Shown here: one piece after another, positions 38,884-49,251 of the stretch
Numbering within the stretch: the first letter of the stretch is position 1
Layout of the letters: the number at the start of each line of letters is the position of its first letter
Assembly: GCA_001792345.1 (NCBI GenBank)
Contig: MGGJ01000001.1
Location: 153,710-217,709 of the forward strand
Length of the DNA stretch: 64,000 nt
Source: Candidatus Woesebacteria bacterium RIFCSPHIGHO2_01_FULL_39_32
GTDB taxonomy: Bacteria > Patescibacteriota > Microgenomatia > UBA8517
Reading direction: 5' to 3'
Notes under the pieces: model-generated
What the model was told of the DNA's origin: nothing
Seen by the model: only the letters and a program-made list of their open reading frames with translations
Databases searched by the model: none
Made by a program: the position numbers and the translations under genes

Positions 38884-41051
38884 AGCATTACCTAATTCTT
38901 TTTGTTATATGCATAAGCTTAGTTCTCATCTGGTTTAGTAAAGGCTTAATCTTTGCAGGAGGAGAAGAGGGCATGCCCTTTTATAATTTGGAGTTGACTT
39001 ACCGCAACTATTCCTATGTTTGGAAAGATGCCGAAGGGGGAATTAGTAATTATTCAGATATATTAAGAGTTCCTAGTTTTTATATTCTTCAAAAATTATC
39101 GAGCATTGGCCTATCCTCGGTTTTAATTCAAGGAACATTTTTTTTGGCTTTAATGCTAATTGGTACTTTCTCAGTATTTTTTTTATTACAGGAAACCGTA
39201 GTTAAGGGTGCTTTAAAAGTAACTAAAGATACACCGTCATACAAAGATATTTCCTTAATTGGGTCTATCTTCTATCTTCTTAACCCTTTTGCTATGACTC
39301 AAGTTTGGGGAAGGGGCCTTTATATGCAGTATTATCCCTTTGCACTTATACCACTTTTTTTGCTTTTGTTTATTTTAGCATTGAAAACAAGAAATCTAAT
39401 TTTTGTAAGTTTGGCATTAGTTTCTTCGTTTATATTGGCAGGATCTTATGGACATTTAAGTTATGTGATTTCGCTTTGGGGCATAATTTTTGCATATCTA
39501 ATTTACTTTTGTATAAATAATAAAAGTAAAGAAGAGAGAACATTTTCGGTTAAAATATTTTTGCTCTTTGTGGTTGGTTGGATTTTTACAAATCTTTGGT
39601 GGATAATGCCATTTTCTTCTTCAATCAACACTTTTGCCCAAAATTACAGCGACATAGAACATAGTTTGGGTACTTTAATTGGAAACAGTCGAGAAATTCC
39701 ATTAAACGGAGTTTTGAGGTTAATGCATAACGGATTTGTCTATAAATGGAAAATTTACGGGGAGTCTTATTTAAATTTATTTTTTAAACTCATAAGCTGG
39801 TTTATTCCAATTATTTCGCTTTTTGCATTAAGGTCCTGTAAGAATATAAAATCGCTGAACTTTTATTTAGTACTCTTTTTGATCACCTTGTTTATAAGTT
39901 TGGGTTCTAATCCGCCATTGGGATGGTTATTCATTATCTTATTTAAGGCAATACCTCAAATGGTTCTTTACAGAAATCCATTTGAAAAAATTGGTATTTT
40001 ACTTACAATCGCATATGCTCCTTTATTCGCAGTAGGACTTGTCGAACTTTCTAAATTCATATCCAATAAGTTGAAGAAAAGCTTAGATTTTTTAAGAATA
40101 ACTCATATTTCTAATTTATTTATTCTTATTTCAATGATTTTAATTTTTGGTATTCATGCGTGGCCTATGTGGAAAGGAGTTTTTGCTGGTGGATATGTAA
40201 CTAATGTATGGATTAATGTTCCCAAATATTACAAACAAGCAAATAATTGGTTAAACGAAGAAACTGGAGAATTTAATCTTATTCACTTTCCCTTAGCTCC
40301 TGGTGACGGCATGAAATTTATTTGGCCGAATTACTTTCAAGGCGTAGTACCTTATGATTTTTTGTTTGATCGACCTTCGATATCTAAAAACACTTTCTTT
40401 AATAAAATTTATTATAACGTGTTGCTAGAGAGATTTGGAAAACTTGAGAAAGGGGCGTTTGGACCAGATCCAGATATTTCAAATTCTCAACTGAAAACTA
40501 AAGATTTATATGAAGGTCTACAAAAACTAAACGTAAGATATATTTTACTTCATAAAGATGTAGATCCTGTTATTGGAAATTTGGGCGATTACAGGTTGTA
40601 CGAAGAGATTCTTAAGAAAGAGGAAAATATCACAAAAATAATTAACTTCGGAGAAATTGATATTTATGAGGTAACCCCGCCAGAGAAAGTTGATTTAATT
40701 TTTACAAGTCAGGGAAAAGTTGATTTCGAGAAAATAAATCCGACAGAATATGTTGCTACATTAAAGGGTGTTAAGAAAGACGATAAATTAGTTTTGTTAA
40801 CTTTATATGATCCGAACTGGAGTTTATATGTGAATGGTATGGTTGCGGCTGATCATAATCGTTATTTTTCTTGGGCTAACTCTTGGACTTTAGATAAGCT
40901 TGGTGATTATTCGGTAACTATTAAGTATAAACCGCAAGAAAATGTGCAAAAAGGTTTCAGAATTTCTATTTTCTTGTTGAGCCTTTTATTGTTTACGACA
41001 TTTATTTACAGATGGAAAGAGAGAAGCGATAAATTACCTAAAAATGTTTGA
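38880..41051 (+). CDS. giant polytopic membrane protein, GT-C-like (paralog A; AftD/YfhO-like by architecture)
   Basis: 723 aa with ~12 N-terminal TM helices, a soluble domain and a C-terminal TM. Shares the motifs AGGEEGMPFYN, GSNPPLGW and YRNPFEKIGI with the 49252 and 53286 proteins. Confidence 0.5.
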   Translation: MKHYLILFVICISLVLIWFSKGLIFAGGEEGMPFYNLELTYRNYSYVWKDAEGGISNYSDILRVPSFYILQKLSSIGLSSVLIQGTFFLALMLIGTFSVFFLLQETVVKGALKVTKDTPSYKDISLIGSIFYLLNPFAMTQVWGRGLYMQYYPFALIPLFLLLFILALKTRNLIFVSLALVSSFILAGSYGHLSYVISLWGIIFAYLIYFCINNKSKEERTFSVKIFLLFVVGWIFTNLWWIMPFSSSINTFAQNYSDIEHSLGTLIGNSREIPLNGVLRLMHNGFVYKWKIYGESYLNLFFKLISWFIPIISLFALRSCKNIKSLNFYLVLFLITLFISLGSNPPLGWLFIILFKAIPQMVLYRNPFEKIGILLTIAYAPLFAVGLVELSKFISNKLKKSLDFLRITHISNLFILISMILIFGIHAWPMWKGVFAGGYVTNVWINVPKYYKQANNWLNEETGEFNLIHFPLAPGDGMKFIWPNYFQGVVPYDFLFDRPSISKNTFFNKIYYNVLLERFGKLEKGAFGPDPDISNSQLKTKDLYEGLQKLNVRYILLHKDVDPVIGNLGDYRLYEEILKKEENITKIINFGEIDIYEVTPPEKVDLIFTSQGKVDFEKINPTEYVATLKGVKKDDKLVLLTLYDPNWSLYVNGMVAADHNRYFSWANSWTLDKLGDYSVTIKYKPQENVQKGFRISIFLLSLLLFTTFIYRWKERSDKLPKNV

Positions 41052-42303
41052 TATAAAACAAATCCGTATCTTTGCTCTAGCTGCTTATGGAAAAGGACTT
41101 TCTGGGGGAGATAGGATTTTTATTGAATTTGCCAGACGTTGGAGTAAAAATTTTCCTGTGGAAATTTATGTTTGGAAAGAAGGAGCCAAAATGTTGGAAA
41201 GACAACATCTGGGTATTTTCAATTCACAATTTTCACTTTTTAATGCAAATAAAGATTACCGAAATTTAAAAGTTCACGTTTCGAAATTAAAAAACCTATG
41301 TAAATTAGGATTCTTATTTTGCTACCTTACCAGAATTATTGAAGGAATTCGTTTAGGACTTTCTTTAAAACTAATCACCAATCACCAATCACCAATTACT
41401 ATATACTCTGCATCAGAATTTTGGATGGATTCACTCCCCGCTTTCATATTAAAACTCAGATATCCGAAGATAACTTGGGCCGCATCGTGGTATCAAACTG
41501 CTCCCAACCCATTTCATGGATATTTAGAAAATGGACAACGTAGAAATAAATATTTTTTTAGCAGTCTCTTCTATTGGCTAATGCAACTACCGATAAAGCC
41601 GCTTATTTCAAGCTTTGCTGACTATGTTTTAGTAAATAACGAGGAAGAACGAAAGCAATTTTCCGATTTGAACAAAAAGGGTAGAATGATAGTGGTTTTG
41701 GGCGCGGTTCCACTTGAAGAAATTAATAAATTTTTAATTACTAATTCCAAACTATTAACTACTAAAGAATATGACGCTGTCTTTCAAGGACGCTTACACG
41801 CGCAAAAGGGAGTGGTTGAATTAATCGACATTTGGAAAAAAGTGGTTGAGATAAAACCGTTAGCAAAATTGGCGATGATTGGAGATGGTCCCTTGATGGG
41901 AAAGGTAAAGAAACGAATAACTATGAATAAACTAACTAATAACATTAAAGTTTTTGGGTATGTTTTCGACGGGCCCAAAAAATATAAAATATTTTCCAAA
42001 AGTAAGATTGTCGTGCATCCCGCATTTTATGATTCAGGTGGAATGGCATCTGCAGAAGCAATGGCTTTTGGATTACCATGCGTCGGCTTTAACTTAAAAG
42101 CGTATAAATCTTATTATCCTCAGGGTATGGTTAAGGTAGATATTGGAAACACAAATGCTTTTGCAAAAAAAATAATGGAATTATTAGAAAATTATTCTTT
42201 GCGTATAAAAATAGGTAGAGAAGCTAAGTACATGATAGAAGAAAACTGGTCGTGGGAAAAAAGAGCTAACGAAGTTTTGGAACGAATAACTACAAATAAA
42301 TGA
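41044..42303 (+). CDS. glycosyltransferase family 4-like
   Basis: C-terminal HPAFYDSGGMASAEAMAFGLPCVGFN. Contains a 3x heptanucleotide repeat at 41374..41394. Confidence 0.6.
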   Translation: MFDIKQIRIFALAAYGKGLSGGDRIFIEFARRWSKNFPVEIYVWKEGAKMLERQHLGIFNSQFSLFNANKDYRNLKVHVSKLKNLCKLGFLFCYLTRIIEGIRLGLSLKLITNHQSPITIYSASEFWMDSLPAFILKLRYPKITWAASWYQTAPNPFHGYLENGQRRNKYFFSSLFYWLMQLPIKPLISSFADYVLVNNEEERKQFSDLNKKGRMIVVLGAVPLEEINKFLITNSKLLTTKEYDAVFQGRLHAQKGVVELIDIWKKVVEIKPLAKLAMIGDGPLMGKVKKRITMNKLTNNIKVFGYVFDGPKKYKIFSKSKIVVHPAFYDSGGMASAEAMAFGLPCVGFNLKAYKSYYPQGMVKVDIGNTNAFAKKIMELLENYSLRIKIGREAKYMIEENWSWEKRANEVLERITTNK

Positions 42304-43250
42304 GACGAATAAAACATTTTGTATCTATTACTGATTTAACTAAAAAAGAAATTAATCTTGTCCTTCAAATTTCCTCAAGTCTCAAAAGACAATTAAAGAA
42401 AAAAGGGAGCAACAAAGATTATTTAAAAAATAAAGTATTGGGAATGATTTTTGAAAAACCATCTCTGCGTACAAGAGTTTCATTTGAGGCAGGAATGACT
42501 CAAATGGGAGGACATGCAATTTATCTTGCGCCCGGGGATATTGATTTGGGTAAAAGAGAGCCTGTGAAAGATGTTTCTCAGGTTTTATCAAGGATGGTTG
42601 ATATTATTATGGCTCGAACTTTTCTTCATACTACCATAGAAGAGCTAGCTAAGTATTCAAGTGTTCCTGTTATTAATGCTTTGTCGGAACAAGAGCATCC
42701 TTGTCAGATTTTAGCTGATTTATTAACTATAAAAGAAAAGAAAGGAAAATTAAAAGGTATTAAGTTAGCATTTGTTGGTGATGGCGAAAATAATGTAACT
42801 CATTCTTTAGCTTTAGCCTCAGCAATTTTTGGAATGGATTTTCGGGTAGCAACACCTCCTGGTTTTGAAATGCAAAGCATCATTTTAGAAAAGGCAAAAG
42901 CAATTGCAAGTAAGAGCGGTGGACTAATTATAGAGACAGATAAACCCGAAGAAGCTGTAAAAGGAGTCGACATTGTCTACACAGATACATGGGTTTCTAT
43001 GGGTGATGAGTCTGAGAAAGACAAGCGTATAAAAGCTTTTAAAGGATATCAAGTAAACACTAGATTGATGAATTTTGCAAAAAAGGATGCAATATTTATG
43101 CATGATATGCCTGCCTATAGGGGTTATGAGGTTAGTGAAGAAGTTATTGAAGGAAAGCAATCTATAATAATCAATCAAGCAGAGAATAGACTACATGTTC
43201 AGAAGGGTTTGATTTGTTTTCTCCTACGTACTACCATCAATACATCATGA
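42300..43250 (+). CDS. divergent ornithine/aspartate carbamoyltransferase-family protein (OTCase-like fold)
   Basis: Collinear with OTCase: PSLRTRVSFE (canonical STRTR), HPCQ (HPTQ), DTWVSMG (DxxxSMG), FMHDMPA (canonical HCLP). 316 aa, translationally coupled inside the GT cluster. Confidence 0.65.
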   Translation: MRRIKHFVSITDLTKKEINLVLQISSSLKRQLKKKGSNKDYLKNKVLGMIFEKPSLRTRVSFEAGMTQMGGHAIYLAPGDIDLGKREPVKDVSQVLSRMVDIIMARTFLHTTIEELAKYSSVPVINALSEQEHPCQILADLLTIKEKKGKLKGIKLAFVGDGENNVTHSLALASAIFGMDFRVATPPGFEMQSIILEKAKAIASKSGGLIIETDKPEEAVKGVDIVYTDTWVSMGDESEKDKRIKAFKGYQVNTRLMNFAKKDAIFMHDMPAYRGYEVSEEVIEGKQSIIINQAENRLHVQKGLICFLLRTTINTS

Positions 43251-44866
43251 AACCTAAAAAACGGGGAGTTTCTACTGTCATTCCCAGTTTTAACAATTCT
43301 TTAAAATTATTTCGCCTTATCAATTCGCTGAAAAAAACAACCTATAGACCTCTCGAAGTAATTGTTGTAGATAATAGTTCAACCGAAGCCATGATAAAAC
43401 AGGGGAGGAAAAAATTCCCCTGGGTTAAATGGGTTGATGCTGGAAGAGAGAATGTCGGGCAAACAGGTTCATACAATCTAGGTTTCGCTCATGCAAATCC
43501 ACAAAACCACATTCTTTTTTGTGATGAGGACGTTGTGGTTGACCCTTCTATGGTGAGTAATCTAGTGAAGCGCGCGGAGACTAAAAAAAATATAGGTATA
43601 GTAACACCAATGATTTTGTATTTGGATGATAAAGAATGGGTAAATCAGGCCGGATCTGAAGTTAATCTTTTGACGGGGCAAGTAAAAATTGGCTGGGGTC
43701 CAAAAGAAGACTTTCTTGAGGCAAGAAAAGTGCAAGGTTCTGGAACAGTAATGCTTTTTAAGAGATCAGTTCTAGATAAGATTGGAGGCTTTGAGGATTG
43801 GTTTTTATGTTATTTTGACCCCGAGTATTGTGTTCGTGCACAAAAGGCGGGTTTTGAAAATTGGTATGAGCCTAAAGCTATTTGTTACCATGATCAACCC
43901 AAGGACGATAAGCTATGGCGCCCAAGAGTTTTATCACGCGCTTACTTGCTCGGTAAAAATAGAACATTGTTTATGAGAAAGCACGGAAATGTTTTTGTTT
44001 ATACACTTTTCTTACCGATTCTTTTGGGATACTACCTTATTGAAGGTATAAGATTTGGAATATTTAGCAAATGGGTTGAAATAGTTATAGGTTCAATTGC
44101 TGGATATTTTTCTCCAATTTCAAAAGGAAACTTTATTCCTTTACCAAGTTCTCATGGATTAAAAAATAAAATGAGTGGTAAAACTTTAAGTTTCATACAC
44201 ACGCCGTCCATTGATGCATTCTTGTCAAAATTTACCCTACATATACCCTTTTCTTATTTATGGTTATACAAGCATTCCCTAGGAGATTCGAATACAATAC
44301 TTGATGTTGGGTGCGGTGACGGTCTTCTTATGAAACGGCTATCCGAGGGAGAAAGTTGGGAGATTACAGGAATTGATATCTATCAAAAAGGCTTATCGAA
44401 AGCAAAGAAAAAAAAAGTCTACAAAGAACTTATAAAGGGAGATGTCGTGAAAGTTTGTAGTGACTTAGTTCGAAAAAAAAAGAAGTACGAGAGCGTTTTT
44501 TGTTCTCAAGTTATCGAGCACATAAACAGAAAGGAAGGGTTTGAGCTCCTAGCTGTAATGGATAAACTGGCAAGTAAAAGAGTGGTTGTTGCAACTCCGC
44601 GTGGATTTATGAATCAACCCGAGGTATTTATTGGAGGTAACCCCTACCAATATCACAAGTCTGGTTGGACCATTGAAGATTTCAAAAGCAGGGGGTTTAG
44701 GGTATATGGGCTGGGTTTAAAATTGAGTTGGTCTGAGAAGGGCTTAAGCAGAAGTAATAATAATCTAGTTGTAATATTATCTGTGATAACGTCATTCATT
44801 CTATCCCCTCTGGTTTATTATTTCCCAAACTTATCCGCAGGTGTTTTGTGTATTAGAGATAAATGA
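43214..44866 (+). CDS. fusion: GT2 glycosyltransferase + class-I SAM methyltransferase
   Basis: N-terminal VSTVIPSFNNS...VIVVDNSS and DED motif. Two TM helices follow. C-terminal ILDVGCGDGLLMKRL...VVVATP is MTase motifs I/post-I. Confidence 0.65.
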   Translation: MFSPTYYHQYIMKPKKRGVSTVIPSFNNSLKLFRLINSLKKTTYRPLEVIVVDNSSTEAMIKQGRKKFPWVKWVDAGRENVGQTGSYNLGFAHANPQNHILFCDEDVVVDPSMVSNLVKRAETKKNIGIVTPMILYLDDKEWVNQAGSEVNLLTGQVKIGWGPKEDFLEARKVQGSGTVMLFKRSVLDKIGGFEDWFLCYFDPEYCVRAQKAGFENWYEPKAICYHDQPKDDKLWRPRVLSRAYLLGKNRTLFMRKHGNVFVYTLFLPILLGYYLIEGIRFGIFSKWVEIVIGSIAGYFSPISKGNFIPLPSSHGLKNKMSGKTLSFIHTPSIDAFLSKFTLHIPFSYLWLYKHSLGDSNTILDVGCGDGLLMKRLSEGESWEITGIDIYQKGLSKAKKKKVYKELIKGDVVKVCSDLVRKKKKYESVFCSQVIEHINRKEGFELLAVMDKLASKRVVVATPRGFMNQPEVFIGGNPYQYHKSGWTIEDFKSRGFRVYGLGLKLSWSEKGLSRSNNNLVVILSVITSFILSPLVYYFPNLSAGVLCIRDK

Positions 44867-45807
44867 AAGAGAAGATTTCAGCAATCATAGTTACGATGAA
44901 TCGAAAGGAAGAATTAATTGAGTGCATTGATTCTTTGGTCGAATCGAAGTGTAATTTTTTTGAAATAATAGTTGTTGATAATGGCTCAATTGTTCCAACC
45001 TCGCGCTTTTTAAAAAGAAAGTACCCTAAACTGAAGATAATTCGAAGTGAAGAAAATGTTGGAGCGGCTGCAGGGAGAAATATTGGTATTAAGAATGCAA
45101 AAGGGAACTATTACTTTTTCATGGACGATGATGCAAGGATAGATAAAAATGCAATTTGCGAAATGCTCAAACTCTTTAAGTTTAAAAAGAGTATAGGGAT
45201 TGTACAACCAAAAGTTTATGATAAGGACAAACCCGACATTTTGCAGGGAGTTGGACATACGATTAATCTTTTAACTGGTCGGGCGAAAGCCTGGGGAGTA
45301 ATGGAAGAAGACAAGGGTCAGTACGATTTAGATCGAGAGATTCCCATGACAGGAGGAATATGTTTGGTTAAACGAAAAGTAATCGATGATATAGGGATGT
45401 TTGATGAAGATTATTTTATACCTTATGAAGACTCCGATTTATGCATCCGCGCAATAAAAGCTGGATATAAAGTTTATTGTTCAGGAAGTGCTAAGTCCTG
45501 GCATCAGGGCAAGAAACAAACTGCCGTTAACCCTCGGTTGGAATGGATGGGTGTAACTACTCCTGAAAGGGCATATCGAATAGCCAGAAACAAAATGATG
45601 TTTTTAAGAAAGCATGCGCCTCACTCCAAGTTAATGGTTTTTCTTATTTTCATTCTACCGTTCTACGCTATAGCCCATTCCGCTATTATTGTAAGTTCAA
45701 AAAGATGGGATATATTGAGTAGTTATTGGAAAGGTTTGTTTGCCGGCCTTTTATACTTTACAACTTATAGAGAAAAACCTACTTCTTTTTATATGTATTT
45801 GTTTTAA
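44863..45807 (+). CDS. glycosyltransferase family 2 (tandem paralog 1)
   Basis: ISAIIVTMNRKEELIECIDSL...IIVVDNGS; DDD. Paralogous to the N-domain of the downstream gene. Confidence 0.7.
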   Translation: MKEKISAIIVTMNRKEELIECIDSLVESKCNFFEIIVVDNGSIVPTSRFLKRKYPKLKIIRSEENVGAAAGRNIGIKNAKGNYYFFMDDDARIDKNAICEMLKLFKFKKSIGIVQPKVYDKDKPDILQGVGHTINLLTGRAKAWGVMEEDKGQYDLDREIPMTGGICLVKRKVIDDIGMFDEDYFIPYEDSDLCIRAIKAGYKVYCSGSAKSWHQGKKQTAVNPRLEWMGVTTPERAYRIARNKMMFLRKHAPHSKLMVFLIFILPFYAIAHSAIIVSSKRWDILSSYWKGLFAGLLYFTTYREKPTSFYMYLF

Positions 45808-45809
45808 CT

Positions 45810-48524
45810 ATGAGACAAACAAAGAGACAAACAAAAAAACCTTCAGTTTCAGTTGTCATTGTAACGAAAGACAGGAATGACGATCTGAAAGAGTGTATTT
45901 TATCTTTTACAAAATCTACATATCAACCTTTGGAGATAATTGTTGTTGATAATGGCTCGGAAAATCCTGTAGGTCCTCTGTTAAAAAAGAAATTTCCAAA
46001 GGTAAAGGTTATTGTGAATGGAGAAAATGTCGGGGCGGCCGAGGGAAGAAATATTGGGTTAAGGAGTTCAAAAGGAGAATTTATATTGTTTTCGGATGAC
46101 GACGCCATTGTGGGTAAGGACATGGTTTCTAATCTCGTTGACGTATTTAGTAGTAGAAAAGACGCAGGAATTGTTCAACCCGTTATTTTTGATAAGAAAA
46201 AAAGAAATATTTTCCAAGGCGCAGGACATGATATCAACTTCATAACAGGAAGAATTAAACCCTGGGGAATAGATATGTGGGGAAGAGGTGAAAAAAATAT
46301 TGGTCAATATAAGGGAATAAGGGAAGTGCCGATGTGCGGTTGTGTTTGGATGGTAAAACGAGAAGTTTTCGAGAAAATAGGGGAATACGATAAGGATTAT
46401 TTTATACCGTATGAAGATTCTGACTTATCTATTCGAGCAAAAAGGGCAGGATATAAACTTTATTGTAGTTACAACGCAAAAAGCTACCATCCCATTAATA
46501 AAAAAAGTACGTTGCCGCGTTTAATACAATTTTTGGGAATAACTTCAACAGAACGCGCCTTTCGGGTTTCAAGAAGCAAATTAATATTTATGAAAAAGCA
46601 CTCTCTCTTTCCTAATAATGTACTATTCTTTACCATTTTCCTCCCTTTGTTAATCTCTACTCATAGTTTGATGATATTACTATCTGGAAGATTAAATATA
46701 TTAGTCAGCTACTGGAAAGGTATTTTTTCAGGCTTTAATTATATTTTCAGTAACTTAAGTAAGCTGTCGAAATACACGATTCTATTATTAACAGCTCTAA
46801 TATTTACTTATCTTTCAGTCAGACCATCTTTTGATCTGGCAATCTTTGGTGATGACTGGATTGTATTTTATGGTTTGGATAATCGCAGCGACACGGGAGA
46901 TCTGCTCGACCCCACACTGATAAAAAATTATTTCGGCCCGTATGCACTACCTCATTTTATTATGGGTGCCATTCGGTCAATTTGGGGATACGAATCTTTT
47001 TATTATTATTTTATCTCCTTTCTGACACGCGCCTTTGCCGCCTTCAGCTTGGGTGCTCTGATGTTGTTTATTTCAAATAGTCTCTTGACAGCAGTTTTAA
47101 CTGGGGTACTTTTTGCCGTATCGACAGCTGGAATGGAAACTACGAACTGGGTTTTTAATATGACCACATATCTTGCAGTATCAATCTTTGCTTATAGTCT
47201 TATGGTATTATTTTCATCAAAAAATAATTCCAGAAAGTTTCTTCTTAGTACATTACTATTTCTTTTATCAATATTATTTTTTCCGCAACGCATGCATGGG
47301 GCGATACTCTTATATTCATTATTTATTGCCCTTCTATTTGTACAGAAACCTTCTTACCATAGCCTGTTATCGGTATTTATCAAATATGGCATTCTTGCTT
47401 TAGGGATACTTTTCCTTGCACGTTTGAATACATTTGGTGGTTCTGGAGATTGGAAGTGGTTTATGGGTGAAGTAGTAAAGGATATAAGGACACTTCCGTC
47501 GTATTCTTGGACAACTCTATTCGGGTCTATTACAAATCTTTATATACCTCATCATTTTTGGTCTAATCCCAGCTTGGTCCCATTATTAACATCTTTTTTG
47601 GGGGGTTCGACAGTATTACCTCGAATGAGATATATACTTGGATTTTTTCTTGCTGCTACCTTTTTTATTTCTTTAATAAAAAGAGATAGAAAGGTACTTT
47701 ATTTAATACTTAACGTTTTGTTTATAGCAATTTGGCACCTGTATTTTAAAAGATTGATAATTGATCAGACTTCCATTTATCATAATACTGCCACCATATT
47801 ACCTACCTACCTAGGAGCATTTGTTTTTAGTTGGATTTTTTTCCACCTAATAACGTTACGGAAAAATAGCAATAATTTCCTTGTTTTTGCCACTTTATTT
47901 TCTTTTCCATACTTATTTATTTTGGTTCCTTGGCTAAGAAGCAGATTCTCGATCATGGATACGCCATTTCGTTATATGCTGGTTCCGGCTACGGGCATGC
48001 CATTAATTTTTGGTCATATTCTTTGGAAAGCACAAAAGACAGCGAGGATTTTAATGATTCTATTTGTATTTGCTTTAGTATATTTGAATTACAACTATAC
48101 TCAAAAATACTTTAATAATTTGTTAGAGGTAAGGAATACGGTATTATATGACTCGTTGTGGAAACAGTTTGGTGAATTGACAATTGGCTTTAGGCCCTCG
48201 AAAGATTTTGCAGTTTTTTATTTCGAGGGGAATGGAGGAATAATTTATAATGTCTTTTCTTTCGGCTTTATGCCCAAACTCGCTGTTTTGCATAATATTT
48301 CTGAGGAAAATAAAGACTTTCTACCTCTTATCTACGATGACATAATGTTGACTGTAGAGGTGATGAATAAAGGCTATGGTCCAGGGAGGCCGGTGCCACC
48401 TGATAAATTCTATGCCTTCAGAATAGAGAATGGACAGCTTATTGATATTAAAAAAGACGTAATGCCAAAACTTAGATCTCTTGGATATTCGTATAATAAT
48501 AGTATGGAGATCCAAAAAGAGTAA
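45810..48524 (+). CDS. fusion: GT2 glycosyltransferase + large polytopic membrane domain
   Basis: N-terminal VSVVIVTKDRNDDLKECILSF...IIVVDNGS (GT2, ~300 aa). About 600 aa follow with many TM helices, GT-C-like. Confidence 0.6.
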   Translation: MRQTKRQTKKPSVSVVIVTKDRNDDLKECILSFTKSTYQPLEIIVVDNGSENPVGPLLKKKFPKVKVIVNGENVGAAEGRNIGLRSSKGEFILFSDDDAIVGKDMVSNLVDVFSSRKDAGIVQPVIFDKKKRNIFQGAGHDINFITGRIKPWGIDMWGRGEKNIGQYKGIREVPMCGCVWMVKREVFEKIGEYDKDYFIPYEDSDLSIRAKRAGYKLYCSYNAKSYHPINKKSTLPRLIQFLGITSTERAFRVSRSKLIFMKKHSLFPNNVLFFTIFLPLLISTHSLMILLSGRLNILVSYWKGIFSGFNYIFSNLSKLSKYTILLLTALIFTYLSVRPSFDLAIFGDDWIVFYGLDNRSDTGDLLDPTLIKNYFGPYALPHFIMGAIRSIWGYESFYYYFISFLTRAFAAFSLGALMLFISNSLLTAVLTGVLFAVSTAGMETTNWVFNMTTYLAVSIFAYSLMVLFSSKNNSRKFLLSTLLFLLSILFFPQRMHGAILLYSLFIALLFVQKPSYHSLLSVFIKYGILALGILFLARLNTFGGSGDWKWFMGEVVKDIRTLPSYSWTTLFGSITNLYIPHHFWSNPSLVPLLTSFLGGSTVLPRMRYILGFFLAATFFISLIKRDRKVLYLILNVLFIAIWHLYFKRLIIDQTSIYHNTATILPTYLGAFVFSWIFFHLITLRKNSNNFLVFATLFSFPYLFILVPWLRSRFSIMDTPFRYMLVPATGMPLIFGHILWKAQKTARILMILFVFALVYLNYNYTQKYFNNLLEVRNTVLYDSLWKQFGELTIGFRPSKDFAVFYFEGNGGIIYNVFSFGFMPKLAVLHNISEENKDFLPLIYDDIMLTVEVMNKGYGPGRPVPPDKFYAFRIENGQLIDIKKDVMPKLRSLGYSYNNSMEIQKE

Positions 48525-48527
48525 GTA

Positions 48528-49220
48528 ATGTATATGTTGAAATCAAAAAAATCATCACCTGGCACAAATTTTAATCATTACCTATTTACTCTGAAATTAT
48601 GGCTAGACTCACGCGTTGAACCAATATGTAGAGTTATCGATAAATCGGCCGAAAGTATTTTAGACGTAGGTTGTGGTCAAGGTTATCCGATGAGGCTCAT
48701 CAGATTAGTAATGGAACCGAAGAAAGTTGTAGGAGTTGACCTTTTTAACGAATATATTGAAGAAGCAAAATCCGCGCATTTACATGATAAGTATGTCATA
48801 TCAGATATTCGGAAGTTGAAATTTCCAAAAAAAAGTTTCGATGTCGTTCTTGCATCGCAAGTTATTGAACACTTGCCTAAAAAGGATGCAAGAAAATTTA
48901 TTAAAGATTTAGAGCGGATTGCAAAAAAGCAAGTAATTATTGCAACACCAATAGGGGAGATGTATCATCCTGCGGTAGATGATAATGAATTGCAACTTCA
49001 TTTATCAAATTACTATCCTGAATATTTTGAAAAGTTAGGATACAGGATTCTAAAATATGGTAGAAAATCTTTATTGGGGGACCACGGATTAGTTCATAAA
49101 ATTCCTAATGGGATATTGAGAAAATGCCTTTTTCTTTTCAATATTCTTATAAGTCCTTTCTATTATGTCTTCCAACCGATTGCGGATTATTATTTTGTGG
49201 CCTACAAGACGTTTAAATAA
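48528..49220 (+). CDS. class-I SAM-dependent methyltransferase
   Basis: ILDVGCGQGYPMRL; DVVLASQVIEHL; IIATP. Confidence 0.65.
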   Translation: MYMLKSKKSSPGTNFNHYLFTLKLWLDSRVEPICRVIDKSAESILDVGCGQGYPMRLIRLVMEPKKVVGVDLFNEYIEEAKSAHLHDKYVISDIRKLKFPKKSFDVVLASQVIEHLPKKDARKFIKDLERIAKKQVIIATPIGEMYHPAVDDNELQLHLSNYYPEYFEKLGYRILKYGRKSLLGDHGLVHKIPNGILRKCLFLFNILISPFYYVFQPIADYYFVAYKTFK

Positions 49221-49251
49221 ATTATTTTACCCATTTAGTAAATTCAAATAT

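Noticed and set aside
42300-43250. Interpreting the OTCase-like gene simply as housekeeping argF/arcB
   Set aside because: Not adopted as the sole call. STRTR and HCLP both deviate, and the gene is operonically embedded in glycosyltransferase genes with no arg or arc neighbours in 64 kb. It is still listed as a family-level call.
49165-49251. ORF-track start of the 1207-aa membrane protein at 49165
   Set aside because: That extension overlaps the upstream methyltransferase by 56 nt and encodes a non-hydrophobic leader. The internal Met at 49252 (MNKKIFILLLL...) gives a proper signal/TM start, so the shorter model was preferred.
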